A DNA stretch of 49,901 nt from Anaerolineae bacterium (GTDB taxonomy: Bacteria > Chloroflexota > Anaerolineae > B4-G1 > SLSP01). Positions 18,115 to 27,412 of this stretch are shown here, piece by piece. The position numbers and the translations under genes were made by a program. The notes beneath the pieces are model-generated. The model was not told the origin of the DNA. It searched no databases and saw only the letters and a program-made list of their open reading frames with translations. The stretch is from NCBI GenBank assembly GCA_016931315.1, contig JAFGFB010000035.1:1-49901 (forward strand), read 5' to 3'. The number at the start of each line of letters is the position of its first letter. Position 1 is the first letter of the stretch.

Positions 18115-18780
18115 TCATCGCTTCGTAGGGGTGACCGGCGGAATGATTCCGACTACGGTCAATCCGGTTTGTTCTTCCAGCGCGCGCGGGGTACGGATGA
18201 TGCCAGCATCGAACCATTCTAGCGCGATTACAGCCAGCGCACCCAGAAGTAATCCGAAGACGGCGCCAGCAGCTGTGTTAATTTTCCACTTGGGACGCAG
18301 CAAGCGGTAGGTCGGCTCCTGCAAAATCTGTGCAAAAACACGATCTTCTTTCTGTTGCTTTTGGTTTTCGCTATCACGCCATTGCACGAGCAATTCCGCC
18401 CACCGTTTGGCAATGCGGTTGGCCTGTTCGCCATCATTGGCGTCCACATCAATCTGAATGGTGAGATTCTGGCTATCCGAGGCGATGATGACATCTCCGA
18501 GCAGGGTGTCTGGCTCTAGCATCAGGTCCAGGTCCTCGATGACCTGCTGTGCCCAGGGGCGCGTATGCATCACGGTGGCATACGAGTCTAGCAGGATTTT
18601 GACGGTCTGCGCCAGTCCCCAATCCGTACGGGCTGCCTGAATGCCGATATCAACGCTGCTGCGGTACACAGGCGCCTGTATGAGGCTGAAACCCAAAGCG
18701 CTGCCGGCAGTGAGAACGGTGATGAGCGCAATGAGCCAACCCCTCTGTTTAAGGACCTGAATATAGTCCTGAATCTTCAC
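18115..18780 (-). CDS. Wzz/CpsC-like polysaccharide co-polymerase
   Basis: Two TMs flanking an extracytoplasmic loop; PVYRSS; C-terminal LEEQTGLTVVGIIP; GTG start after GAAGGAGG. Confidence 0.85.
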   Translation of the reverse strand: MKIQDYIQVLKQRGWLIALITVLTAGSALGFSLIQAPVYRSSVDIGIQAARTDWGLAQTVKILLDSYATVMHTRPWAQQVIEDLDLMLEPDTLLGDVIIASDSQNLTIQIDVDANDGEQANRIAKRWAELLVQWRDSENQKQQKEDRVFAQILQEPTYRLLRPKWKINTAAGAVFGLLLGALAVIALEWFDAGIIRTPRALEEQTGLTVVGIIPPVTPTKR

Positions 18781-18848
18781 TACTGCCTCCTTCAAGAATG
18801 GCGTTGCGGGGTGGATTGCATTCCCCTGGTAGGAATGCCCTTATCCAC

Positions 18849-19148
18849 TTATCCCCCGCGTAAGCGATAACGCACTTCGCGGCAATACGGGCACGAAGAG
18901 CCAGTGTACTCTCTTCCGCAGGTATTGCAGGTCTGCGTTTCCACAGGGCGGTCGCTTTCACTCGGGATGACCAGAAGGCTGATCTCTTTGTTTTCCTCGC
19001 CGGCAAGCCATTGTTCGATGGCGACGCCATTGATGCTGAGTCGCCCGTCTGTGGCATCACGCCGTAAAACCCCTTCCAGTGAGCGCCCATCCAACTTATA
19101 GGTTTCCGTCGTCAGGCGACGGATATCGGCTTTTCTAATTGCACGCAT
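18849..19148 (-). CDS. Small hypothetical protein with C-terminal zinc ribbon
   Basis: CNTC-x8-CPYC; RBS GGAGG. Confidence 0.7.
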   Translation of the reverse strand: MRAIRKADIRRLTTETYKLDGRSLEGVLRRDATDGRLSINGVAIEQWLAGEENKEISLLVIPSESDRPVETQTCNTCGREYTGSSCPYCREVRYRLRGG

Positions 19149-19280
19149 GGTTCCTCCCCCGTCATTATAAAGGGATTAAGCCGGAACGCAACGCGGTACT
19201 GAAAGTGATAGAGGACGGAGTATTGGTTGTAGAAGGTCGTACATAAGATCTGGCGCGCTTGTCTGGCTCGGCCTGGTAAA

Positions 19281-19323
19281 TGGTGTTTTTGGGGACGTGC
19301 GAAGCGCGTCCCCAAAAACACCA
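19281..19323. terminator. Long hairpin downstream of tldE (terminator or REP-like)
   Basis: 17-bp perfect stem tggtgtttttggggacg/cgtccccaaaaacacca capped by GCGAAGC. Confidence 0.65.
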
Positions 19324-19348
19324 AAGAGGAAATGTCGGGATGTGTGCC

Positions 19349-20647
19349 TCAGCCCTTAGCAATGATGTTCATATCCTCTAGCAAGATGTAGGGCTGGCTG
19401 AAATCCTGGTAGACCCACTCAGTCTCGCGGCTTATAGCGCCCACATGCCGCAACAGCTCATAGATATTGCCGGCGATGGAGGCGTTCTTAACCCGCCCCA
19501 CAATCTCGCCGTTCTCAATCTTGAAAGCTAGCGCCAGGGGATTGGAGAACGCCCCGGAAATGATATTGCCCTGACCTAAACCCAGTACCCCCTCGATCCA
19601 CACTCCGTCTTTGATGCTCGCGAGCATTTCACTGAGTGGCGTCTCCCCGGCATTGAGCACCAGGTTGGTGGGAGCGGGATCGGGTAAGCCAAACAGACTC
19701 CGTGAACCGTTGCCGGTGGAAGTGACCCCGGCACGCGCGGCGGTCTTGAGATCATAGTAGAAGCCCTGAAGTACCCCGTTCTCGATGAGCACCGTGCGCC
19801 GGTGGGGCACGCCTTCGTCATCGTAAGGGGCACTGGAGAACCGTCCCGACAATGTGGCATCGTCTGCCACCGTAATGCGATGATCGAAAATCTCCTCTCC
19901 CGCGCGCTTTGCCAGCGGCGAGATGCCTTTGACGACGTTTTTGCCGCTAAGCCCCAGCATGAGCGGATAGGTGAGCACTACTGCTCCCGGCGGTGAGAAT
20001 AGTACGGGCATTCGGGCGGAGCTTAAAGGAACGATTCTTTGCGCCAGCCGAAACTTTTCTGCCAGGCGGCGTACAGGCGCCATGAAGTCAGTTTCCCAGA
20101 GGGTTGTGCCTTGCATGTCATAGACCATTAACATGTCATCGCCCTTGACGCGATCCACACCGAAGGAGAGCGAAAAAGGTGTGCGCATTTCTGCCACATC
20201 CGCGCCGGCATGGTTGCGCAGGGAGAAACGCTCTATGCGACGCTGAAGGTCCACACTGACCATACCTTCCGGGTCTACTTCACGCAGATAAGCCATGATT
20301 TCCTGCCCGATTTCAACCAGGCGCGGAATGCTGAATTCGGCGATGATAGAGTCATAGCAGGCAACCTCAGGGGGCGTCTGCAATCCGGGGAAGGTGAAAG
20401 GCGCAGGATCGCCATAAGCGGCGGATTCCAGCGCGTTCGCCATCAGTTTCTCTGTCGCGGTCACATCGCTGGAAGCGGCAAAGCCCATGCGCCCGTCTTT
20501 GACCACGCGCACCGCCAGGCCACTGGTTTCTTCTACTTGCGTGGCTTTGAGTGAGTTGGATTCAAAGCGTACCTTGGTGGATTCGCTTCGAACCTGGATG
20601 ATTTCGACCTGCTCAGTCTGAACCTGTAATTGTTGTAGCATATCCAT
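19349..20647 (-). CDS. tldE: TldE/PmbA non-catalytic subunit
   Basis: VRVVKDGRMGFA, DDEGVP, LIENGVL, STGNG, IENGEIVG; no HExxxH; directly downstream of tldD. Confidence 0.9.
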   Translation of the reverse strand: MDMLQQLQVQTEQVEIIQVRSESTKVRFESNSLKATQVEETSGLAVRVVKDGRMGFAASSDVTATEKLMANALESAAYGDPAPFTFPGLQTPPEVACYDSIIAEFSIPRLVEIGQEIMAYLREVDPEGMVSVDLQRRIERFSLRNHAGADVAEMRTPFSLSFGVDRVKGDDMLMVYDMQGTTLWETDFMAPVRRLAEKFRLAQRIVPLSSARMPVLFSPPGAVVLTYPLMLGLSGKNVVKGISPLAKRAGEEIFDHRITVADDATLSGRFSSAPYDDEGVPHRRTVLIENGVLQGFYYDLKTAARAGVTSTGNGSRSLFGLPDPAPTNLVLNAGETPLSEMLASIKDGVWIEGVLGLGQGNIISGAFSNPLALAFKIENGEIVGRVKNASIAGNIYELLRHVGAISRETEWVYQDFSQPYILLEDMNIIAKG

Positions 20648-20649
20648 GG

Positions 20650-22020
20650 TTATTTTCCCCCAATGACAACGTTCTGAATGCGAATGTGAGGTGCGCCCAT
20701 CCCCACCGGTAACGGGGCCTGCCCTCCCTTGCCACAACCGCCGCCGGGATGCCGCCACACGAAATCATTGCCGACCGCGTCAATGTTCTGAAGGGTGGCG
20801 AAGAGATTGCCTGCCAGAATCACATCCTTGACCATCTCGGCTAACTGCCCGTTGCGAATCATGTAAGCGTAGCCCGAGCTGAAGGAGAAGGACTCTAACT
20901 CCGTGTTGCCGCCGTAGGCGTCGCAGGCATAAATGCCGAGTTCAATATCCTTGAGCATATCGTCGAAGGAGGTTGTGCCTGGGGCGATGGCGGTATTCGT
21001 CATGCGAACGATGGGCGCATGACGATAGTTGACCGCACGTGCGTTGCCTGTGGGGGCTTCACCTAATTTCGCTGCGGTTTCACGGGAATGCAGTCGTCCA
21101 ACCAGGATGCCGTTGCGAATCAGGTCGGTGCGCTGTGTAGGGGTGCCCTCATCATCGTATTTGTGTGTGCCGCGCAAGCCGGGAGTGCAACCATCGTCAA
21201 ATACGGTGAGGAAGTCGGGTCCAAAACGCCGTCCAAGTACCATCATTTCACGCGCGGCGGGGTTCTCGTAGATGAAATCGGCTTCTGAAAGGTGCCCAAA
21301 AGCTTCGTGGATGAAGACGCCAGCCAGGTCAGGGTTTAGAATCACGGGGTATTGGCCCCCGGTAACGCTCTCTGCTGCCAGCAACTCCACAGCGCGGCGG
21401 GCAGTGGTTTCGGCGAGTGCTTCGCGCCCTTGCGCGGCTTCGAAGCCCGCAAGTCGGGAATAGCTCTCATGCGCTTGTTGTACGTTATCGCCATCCCGGG
21501 CTATGGCGACCGTGCCTAGCACCACCATCGGGCGTTCCTCTTCGATAAAGCTGCCCTCGGAATTGGCAAAGGTAATCTTGCTGAAGGTGTCATGGTACCG
21601 GCAGCTGGTGTCTACGATTCGGTCGCTGTAGCCCAGGAGTAGCCGGTTGTAGCCTTCCACAAGGGCTTTCTTCTCCGCCAATGAAATGCCTCGGAAGTCG
21701 CGTGTCAGAGCGACCGTGATATGGTCCTCGACGATTGGTATGGGCGCTAATTCGATGGGATTATCGCTTTTCGCGGCGCGGGCGCATTGGGTGGCTTGTG
21801 CCACCTTCTCTTCCAGGTTATCCCGGTTATTGAAGGTGACGATTCCCCATCCGCCATCGTGGCAGAGGCAGCGCACCATGCCCCCAGCATCAATAACGCT
21901 GCTGGCAGTTTCCAGCTCCTGTCCACGGAAGGCTACGGATGTGGATTCGCGTTCCTCCAGGCGGATTTCGGTGTAATCCGCTTGACTTCTTTCCAGTGCT
22001 GCCAGGATTCGATTGTGCAT
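20650..22020 (-). CDS. tldD: TldD metalloprotease
   Basis: HEAFGHLSEAD, YDDEGTP, PIVRMTNT, CGKGGQAPLPVG. Confidence 0.95.
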   Translation of the reverse strand: MHNRILAALERSQADYTEIRLEERESTSVAFRGQELETASSVIDAGGMVRCLCHDGGWGIVTFNNRDNLEEKVAQATQCARAAKSDNPIELAPIPIVEDHITVALTRDFRGISLAEKKALVEGYNRLLLGYSDRIVDTSCRYHDTFSKITFANSEGSFIEEERPMVVLGTVAIARDGDNVQQAHESYSRLAGFEAAQGREALAETTARRAVELLAAESVTGGQYPVILNPDLAGVFIHEAFGHLSEADFIYENPAAREMMVLGRRFGPDFLTVFDDGCTPGLRGTHKYDDEGTPTQRTDLIRNGILVGRLHSRETAAKLGEAPTGNARAVNYRHAPIVRMTNTAIAPGTTSFDDMLKDIELGIYACDAYGGNTELESFSFSSGYAYMIRNGQLAEMVKDVILAGNLFATLQNIDAVGNDFVWRHPGGGCGKGGQAPLPVGMGAPHIRIQNVVIGGK

Positions 22021-22244
22021 ACGAAAACTCCTTTGGAGACAGGTACTCTTTGAAAGCAGGTCTTCTCTTGTTCAAGGCTTGAAATGGTTCTCTGTTCAGA
22101 ATTATACGGCAAAAAGAAACAGGCTCAAGGTATGGATTTCTGCACCGGCTTAAAACGTGCTACAATAGCCTTGTTCACCGTTTCGCAACGTTGATTCGAT
22201 TGCGCGTGCGGGGCAAATTCATCGTAGAAACTAAGGGCAACATC

Positions 22245-23063
22245 ATGCTTACGCTTTCACAGCTGGCTACGCCTGTAGCTCAGGGACGCACTGCGGAAAT
22301 CTATGCCTGGGATGCCACTCACATTCTCAAGCTGTATCGCGATTGGTGTCCACGTCATTGGGTGGACTATGAGTCGCGGGTGGCGCATGCCATTGTCGCG
22401 GCGGGTATTCCAACCCCTGCCGCGGGTGAAATCATCGAAATTGAGGGACGCCGCGGCATCATCTATGAACGCGTGCGAGCCTATTCGATGTTGCAAGATA
22501 TGCAGGCGTGTCCATGGCGACTGTGGCGCCATGCACGCGCTTTAGCTGAGCTTCAGGCGCAGGTTCATCGTCTGGTAGTCCCTGGCTTGCCCCGTTATCG
22601 AGATGAATTGGCACATGCAATCAGTCACGCCACAACTCTTCCCGAATCTTTGCGCCGGCTGGTTTTGGAGCGTCTGGTAACCTTGCCGGATGGCGATACG
22701 CTCTGCCATGGTGACCTGCATCCGGATAACGTGCTCCTAACTGAGCGCGGCCCTCTGATCATTGATTGGATGACGGCGGTCAGTGGCAGCCCCTGGGCTG
22801 ATGTGGCGCGCACCAGCATGATTTTGAGCATTGGTGGGCGCGCTGCCGATAAACGGCAGGTGCCGTTCTACCTGCATTGGTTTGCGTTATTCTTCTGTCA
22901 GGCATATCTACGTCATTACCATGCGCTTAACCCTGATCAACAGGAGGAATTTCCCCGCTGGGCGCCGGTCATTGCCGCAGCCCGGTTGGCTGAGGAGATT
23001 AAACCGGAGCGTGAGGCGTTGATTGCGATGGTGCAAGATGGGGTGCGCTGGCAAGGCTCTTGA
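22245..23063 (+). CDS. Aminoglycoside phosphotransferase/kinase-family protein
   Basis: GRTAEIY, CHGDLHPDNV, IIDW, PWADVA. Confidence 0.88.
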   Translation: MLTLSQLATPVAQGRTAEIYAWDATHILKLYRDWCPRHWVDYESRVAHAIVAAGIPTPAAGEIIEIEGRRGIIYERVRAYSMLQDMQACPWRLWRHARALAELQAQVHRLVVPGLPRYRDELAHAISHATTLPESLRRLVLERLVTLPDGDTLCHGDLHPDNVLLTERGPLIIDWMTAVSGSPWADVARTSMILSIGGRAADKRQVPFYLHWFALFFCQAYLRHYHALNPDQQEEFPRWAPVIAAARLAEEIKPEREALIAMVQDGVRWQGS

Positions 23064-23155
23064 AAAGGCAATACAATGCACCTGCCCCGGAATGGGGATA
23101 GGCGTGCTATCACTGGAATTTCGCAGTTAGCATTCGTTGGTACAGGAGGGTAAAA

Positions 23156-23986
23156 TTGTTCGAGCTACCTGAATTCGTAACTTTAGCCCGACAGGTCAAC
23201 GCTACACTAAAGGGGAAAGTTGTCGCGCGGGGAAATTTGGGCAATACCCCTCATAAATTTGTCTGGTACAACAGAAGCCCGGAAGATTTCGAGCGATTGA
23301 CCGCAGGGAAACGTGTCGGCGAAGCCACCAACCGGGGCAAATGGCTCTTTGTACCGCTTGAGCCTGGTTATGTGCTGTTGTTAGGCGAGTGCGGTGGCAA
23401 AGTGCTCTACCATCAGCCTGGCGCTGCTCTGCCGCAGAAATTCCATCTGCTCATCGCCTTTGAAGATGGTTCACATCTCAGCGCTACCACGCAGATGTGG
23501 GGCGCCATGGAGCTCTATGAGCAGGGTGAGGAACAACACCGGCAATATATCAAGGATATGAAACCCACGCCCCTGGAACCTGAGTTTACCTTTGACTATT
23601 TTTGTGGATTGATAGACACTCTCATAGTGGAGAAGGATCGTAGCGCTAAAGCTTTACTTACACAGGACCAATCCATCCCCGGGTTGGGCAATGCGATTGC
23701 GCAGGATATCCTTTTCCGCGCGCGCCTGCATCCCAGGCATGCTCTCAGCGCACTTGATGCGGAGCAAAAAAGGGCGCTGTATGCTGCCATTCTCGATACG
23801 GTTGCTGAGGTGATTGCAGAGGGCGGACGTTATGATGAAGTGGACCTTTATGGCAATGCAGGAGGCTATATCCGGGTGATGGATTCTACGGCGGTGCAGC
23901 GCCCTTGCCCAGAATGTGGCGGCAAGGTGGAGAAAATGCAGTACTTGGGTGGCTCCTGTTATTGGTGCCCCAATTGCCAGCATTGA
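23156..23986 (+). CDS. Fpg/Nei-family DNA glycosylase-like protein
   Basis: MFELPE N-terminus, RGKWL, H2TH KALLTQDQSIPGLGN, zinc finger CPEC..WCPNCQ; TTG start after GGAGG. Confidence 0.88.
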   Translation: MFELPEFVTLARQVNATLKGKVVARGNLGNTPHKFVWYNRSPEDFERLTAGKRVGEATNRGKWLFVPLEPGYVLLLGECGGKVLYHQPGAALPQKFHLLIAFEDGSHLSATTQMWGAMELYEQGEEQHRQYIKDMKPTPLEPEFTFDYFCGLIDTLIVEKDRSAKALLTQDQSIPGLGNAIAQDILFRARLHPRHALSALDAEQKRALYAAILDTVAEVIAEGGRYDEVDLYGNAGGYIRVMDSTAVQRPCPECGGKVEKMQYLGGSCYWCPNCQH

Positions 23987-24017
23987 ATTCTGCTGCGCTA
24001 CAATTCCTGATGGTCAT

Positions 24018-25658
24018 ATGGAAAACGAATTCAGCCCCCCAACTTTCGTGCTCACCAGCGAACCTGCCAATTCAGAGCGCTCTGAGATTCAGGAATACTT
24101 CGATATCCGACAGCAACGACGTTGGGTTTTTCCGCGCGCTGCATTGGTAGGCGCTGGCGCCGGCGCACTGGCGCTGCTTTTCCGCGCGGCGTTAGCGGGC
24201 GCCGATGTAGCCAGAAATGCTCTGCTCGACTGGGCGCACAACTTTCCCTCATGGGGCTGGGTGTTTCCTCTAACGTTTTCCATGCTTGGCGCGCTCATCG
24301 CGGTGGCGCTCACACGCCGCTATGCGCCCGAAGCCAGCGGTAGTGGCATCCCCCATCTGGAAGCCGTTCTTCAACGCTTTCGTCGCTTGCAGTGGAAACG
24401 CGTGCTCCCCGTTAAATTCTTTGGGGGCATCCTTGCGGTGGGGAGTGGTCTGGCTTTGGGGCGTGAAGGTCCCACAGTTCAGATGGGAGGAACGGTAGGC
24501 GAGGCTATCTCGCGTTGGCTCAAGGTATCGGAACGCGAACGCCTGACCCTGATTTCAGCTGGTGCGGGCGCGGGATTGGCTGCGGCGTTCAATGCCCCTC
24601 TTTCCGGACTGGTCTTTGTGCTCGAGGAAGTGCGTCGCGACTTTCAGCCCATTGTCTTCGGTGCTGCCTTTGTGGCTGCCGCAGTAGCCGATATCCTTGC
24701 CCAGATTGGCTCTGGGTCGTTCCCTGTGTTTGCTGTTCCAGGTTATCCGACGCCTCCCCTGATTGCGCTGCCGGTATTTGCGCTGCTGGGAATTGCTGCC
24801 GGTGTACTAGGGGTGCTCTTCAACCGGGGTTTGTTGGTTTCAATCGAGCTCCATGCGCGTGTTCCCGCGCGTCTGCGCCTGCCCGCCGCTGCGGTTACGG
24901 GAGCGTTGGTCGGGTTGGTGGGGTGGTTTTCTCCGTTGTTGATTGGCAGCGGACATCATCTTGCGGAGGATGCGCTTCGGGGTGAGGTCTTGCTGGCTGT
25001 CATTCCCCTGTTTTTCTGCGTGCGCTTTCTGCTGACCATCGCCAGTTATGGTACGGGAGCGCCTGGGGGAATCTTTGCGCCGTTACTGGTCCTTGGCGCC
25101 CTACTGGGGCTGGCTGTGGGGCAGGGCGCGCACCAACTGGCGCCGGATATTGTGCCGCAGCCGGCAGTCTTTGCCGTAGTGGGCATGGCGGCTTATTTTA
25201 CGGCGATTGTCCGCGCGCCTCTGACCGGCATCATGCTCATTGTCGAAATGACCGGCAATTACGCTCTGATGTTGTGTCTTTTGGTGAGCTGCTTTTGCGC
25301 CTACGCGGTTGCCGAAGCCCTCAAGGATGTCCCTATCTACGAAGCGCTCTTGCAGCGTGACTTGCGGCGCGGCGCCAATCTTCATCCTCTACAAGCGCCG
25401 ATTGTGATTGAGTTCACCATCCAGAATCATGCGCCATTTGTGGGGCGTGAGGTGCGTTCGCTTGGTCTTCCGCCGGGATGTATCATCGTGCGCTGCGCGG
25501 AGGGCAAACATGAATGGGTTCCTAAAGCCAATACACGCCTTGAAGCTTTTATGCGCATCACGGCTTTGATTGCCCCGGAATCCTCGGGTGGGCTTGAGAC
25601 CCTGCGTCAAGGCTGTCATGCTGCGGCTGCGGAGCAGGCAAATCAGGAAGCGGCTTGA
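24018..25658 (+). CDS. clcA: ClC H+/Cl- exchanger with C-terminal TrkA-C/RCK domain
   Basis: GSGIP, GREGP, AFNAPL, GGIFAP, PIYEAL; C-terminal GREVRSLGLPPGCIIV. Confidence 0.92.
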   Translation: MENEFSPPTFVLTSEPANSERSEIQEYFDIRQQRRWVFPRAALVGAGAGALALLFRAALAGADVARNALLDWAHNFPSWGWVFPLTFSMLGALIAVALTRRYAPEASGSGIPHLEAVLQRFRRLQWKRVLPVKFFGGILAVGSGLALGREGPTVQMGGTVGEAISRWLKVSERERLTLISAGAGAGLAAAFNAPLSGLVFVLEEVRRDFQPIVFGAAFVAAAVADILAQIGSGSFPVFAVPGYPTPPLIALPVFALLGIAAGVLGVLFNRGLLVSIELHARVPARLRLPAAAVTGALVGLVGWFSPLLIGSGHHLAEDALRGEVLLAVIPLFFCVRFLLTIASYGTGAPGGIFAPLLVLGALLGLAVGQGAHQLAPDIVPQPAVFAVVGMAAYFTAIVRAPLTGIMLIVEMTGNYALMLCLLVSCFCAYAVAEALKDVPIYEALLQRDLRRGANLHPLQAPIVIEFTIQNHAPFVGREVRSLGLPPGCIIVRCAEGKHEWVPKANTRLEAFMRITALIAPESSGGLETLRQGCHAAAAEQANQEAA

Positions 25659-25666
25659 GGTGTGCC

Positions 25667-26149
25667 ATGCTGACTGTGCGGCGGTTGCGGGTGGGCGAAG
25701 GGCAACTTTTCCGGCAGCTGCGCTTAGCAGCTTTGTATGAAGCGCCGTACGCCTTTGCCAGCACCTATCAATCTGCGTTGGATCGTAGCCCTGAAAGCTG
25801 GGATGAGCAAGCCGACGGTACCGCTCAGGGTTCAGAGCGCGCCACATTCATCGCCTTTGCGGACGAATTGCCTGTAGGAATCGCTGCTCTGTACCGTTGC
25901 CCAGCTGACGCTAAGGCAGGTGAGCTTTTGCAGGTATGGGTGGACCCAGTATACCGGCACACGGAAGTTGCCAGAAACTTGTTGGATGCTGTTTTCCAGT
26001 GGGCGCGTGCTCATGGATTCGGCTCCGTCTTCGCTACGATTACCGAAGGTAATGCGCGTGCTTTGGCATTCTATCGCAAACACGGCTTCGAGGTCGCCGG
26101 TGAATTTCCCTCCCAAGGTGAGGGCATTCTACTGCGAAAGCAAGTCTAG
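25667..26149 (+). CDS. GNAT acetyltransferase
   Basis: LRLAALYEAPYAF, VWVDPVYR, NARALAFYRKHGF. Confidence 0.88.
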   Translation: MLTVRRLRVGEGQLFRQLRLAALYEAPYAFASTYQSALDRSPESWDEQADGTAQGSERATFIAFADELPVGIAALYRCPADAKAGELLQVWVDPVYRHTEVARNLLDAVFQWARAHGFGSVFATITEGNARALAFYRKHGFEVAGEFPSQGEGILLRKQV

Positions 26150-26224
26150 TCGTGAGTGCTTCTCCGGCGCTGGAGAAGCGCGAGAGTTCTGCTAGAATGT
26201 TCGTGCTTTGTGATTCAAGGAGGA

Positions 26225-27313
26225 ATGATGGGTGAGTCAAGTGAACGACGGTTGGCAAAGATAGAGCAGGCTGTGACTGCTTTGCTGGTTATTGACGTGC
26301 AACAGGGGCTTTTCGAGAAAGTTACACCGATTTACAAAGGGCCGCAATTACTTCAAAACATCAACACCCTCATCGTCAGCGCCCATCTTTCCGGCGTGCC
26401 GGTCTTCTACGTGCAACATTCTGACCAGAAAACCCTGGTGAAGGGATCTCCTGAATGGCAGCTGCACACGCAACTTGGCCCGTTAAACCAGGATTCCATC
26501 ATCCACAAACAACACGGGAATGCTTTCGAGGAGACGGCTCTGGATGAAGCGCTACGTTCGAGAGGTGTCACCACCGTGGTGGTGACGGGCTTGGTTACCC
26601 ATGGTTGTGTGCGTGCTACCTGCATCGGTGCGCGGCAATTGGGATACCGGGTCATCCTGGTCACAGATGGTCACAGCAGCTTCAGCAAACAAGCCTCAAA
26701 ATTGATCGAGGAGTGGCATCAAAAGCTGGCGGCTATCGGTGTTGAATTGTATGCAACCTCGGAGATTGTATTTAGTTTGAATATTCGTGAAGCGACGGTA
26801 GAAGATTCCCGGGAGCTAGCCCACATTCAGGTGGATAGCTACCGCCGGGCGTATGCGGGGATTTTTCCGCAGGCTTATCTGGATGCTTTCACCTATGAGG
26901 AGCAGGAACAAGATTGGTGTGATCTTCTCACCTCGGGGCTGCAGGATATACTCCTTGTCGCTGAGCTGCAATCTGGAAAGCTCGTTGGCTACGCGCTCGG
27001 CAGGCCTGGCTTTGCCGAAGTCCTACCTTATGATAGCGAGCTGGTGGCACTGCATGTCCGACGCGAATTTCAGGGGCAAGGTGTGGGACAGAAACTGGCT
27101 CTAGCCCTTGCCCGGGCACTGAAGCAACGGGGCTGCACCTCGCTCATGGTGTGGGTGTTGGAGCGGAATCCTGCACGCGGATTCTACGAGCGGCTCGGCG
27201 GTCAGCTGTTGGATGTCCGGAAAGATATTCAGGAAGCCGTGTTTGAAGTGGCTTATGGGTGGGCCACTCTTGAGAGTCTGTTTGCGGAGCGTCTGGAATC
27301 ACCCAGTGGCTAA
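26225..27313 (+). CDS. Isochorismatase/cysteine hydrolase-GNAT fusion
   Basis: ALLVIDVQ..K..THGCVRAT (D-K-C triad), followed by a GNAT (FQGQGVG, NPARGFYERLGG). Confidence 0.85.
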   Translation: MMGESSERRLAKIEQAVTALLVIDVQQGLFEKVTPIYKGPQLLQNINTLIVSAHLSGVPVFYVQHSDQKTLVKGSPEWQLHTQLGPLNQDSIIHKQHGNAFEETALDEALRSRGVTTVVVTGLVTHGCVRATCIGARQLGYRVILVTDGHSSFSKQASKLIEEWHQKLAAIGVELYATSEIVFSLNIREATVEDSRELAHIQVDSYRRAYAGIFPQAYLDAFTYEEQEQDWCDLLTSGLQDILLVAELQSGKLVGYALGRPGFAEVLPYDSELVALHVRREFQGQGVGQKLALALARALKQRGCTSLMVWVLERNPARGFYERLGGQLLDVRKDIQEAVFEVAYGWATLESLFAERLESPSG

Positions 27314-27412
27314 AGGTGAAACCGAAACCACCTCTGAATCATGACCGCTCGGATAGGATCTCATTGCCGTATCTGGTGCTAGTGCTCGTGCGGTTGAAGG
27401 AGCAAAGGGACC

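Noticed and set aside
19349-22020. TldDE as part of a RiPP cluster
   Set aside because: No YcaO, radical SAM, lanthipeptide enzyme or credible precursor peptide nearby.
23987-24100. Fluoride riboswitch or fluoride-type ClC
   Set aside because: The intergenic gap is about 30 bp with no crcB motif, and the protein has canonical GSGIP/GREGP chloride motifs.
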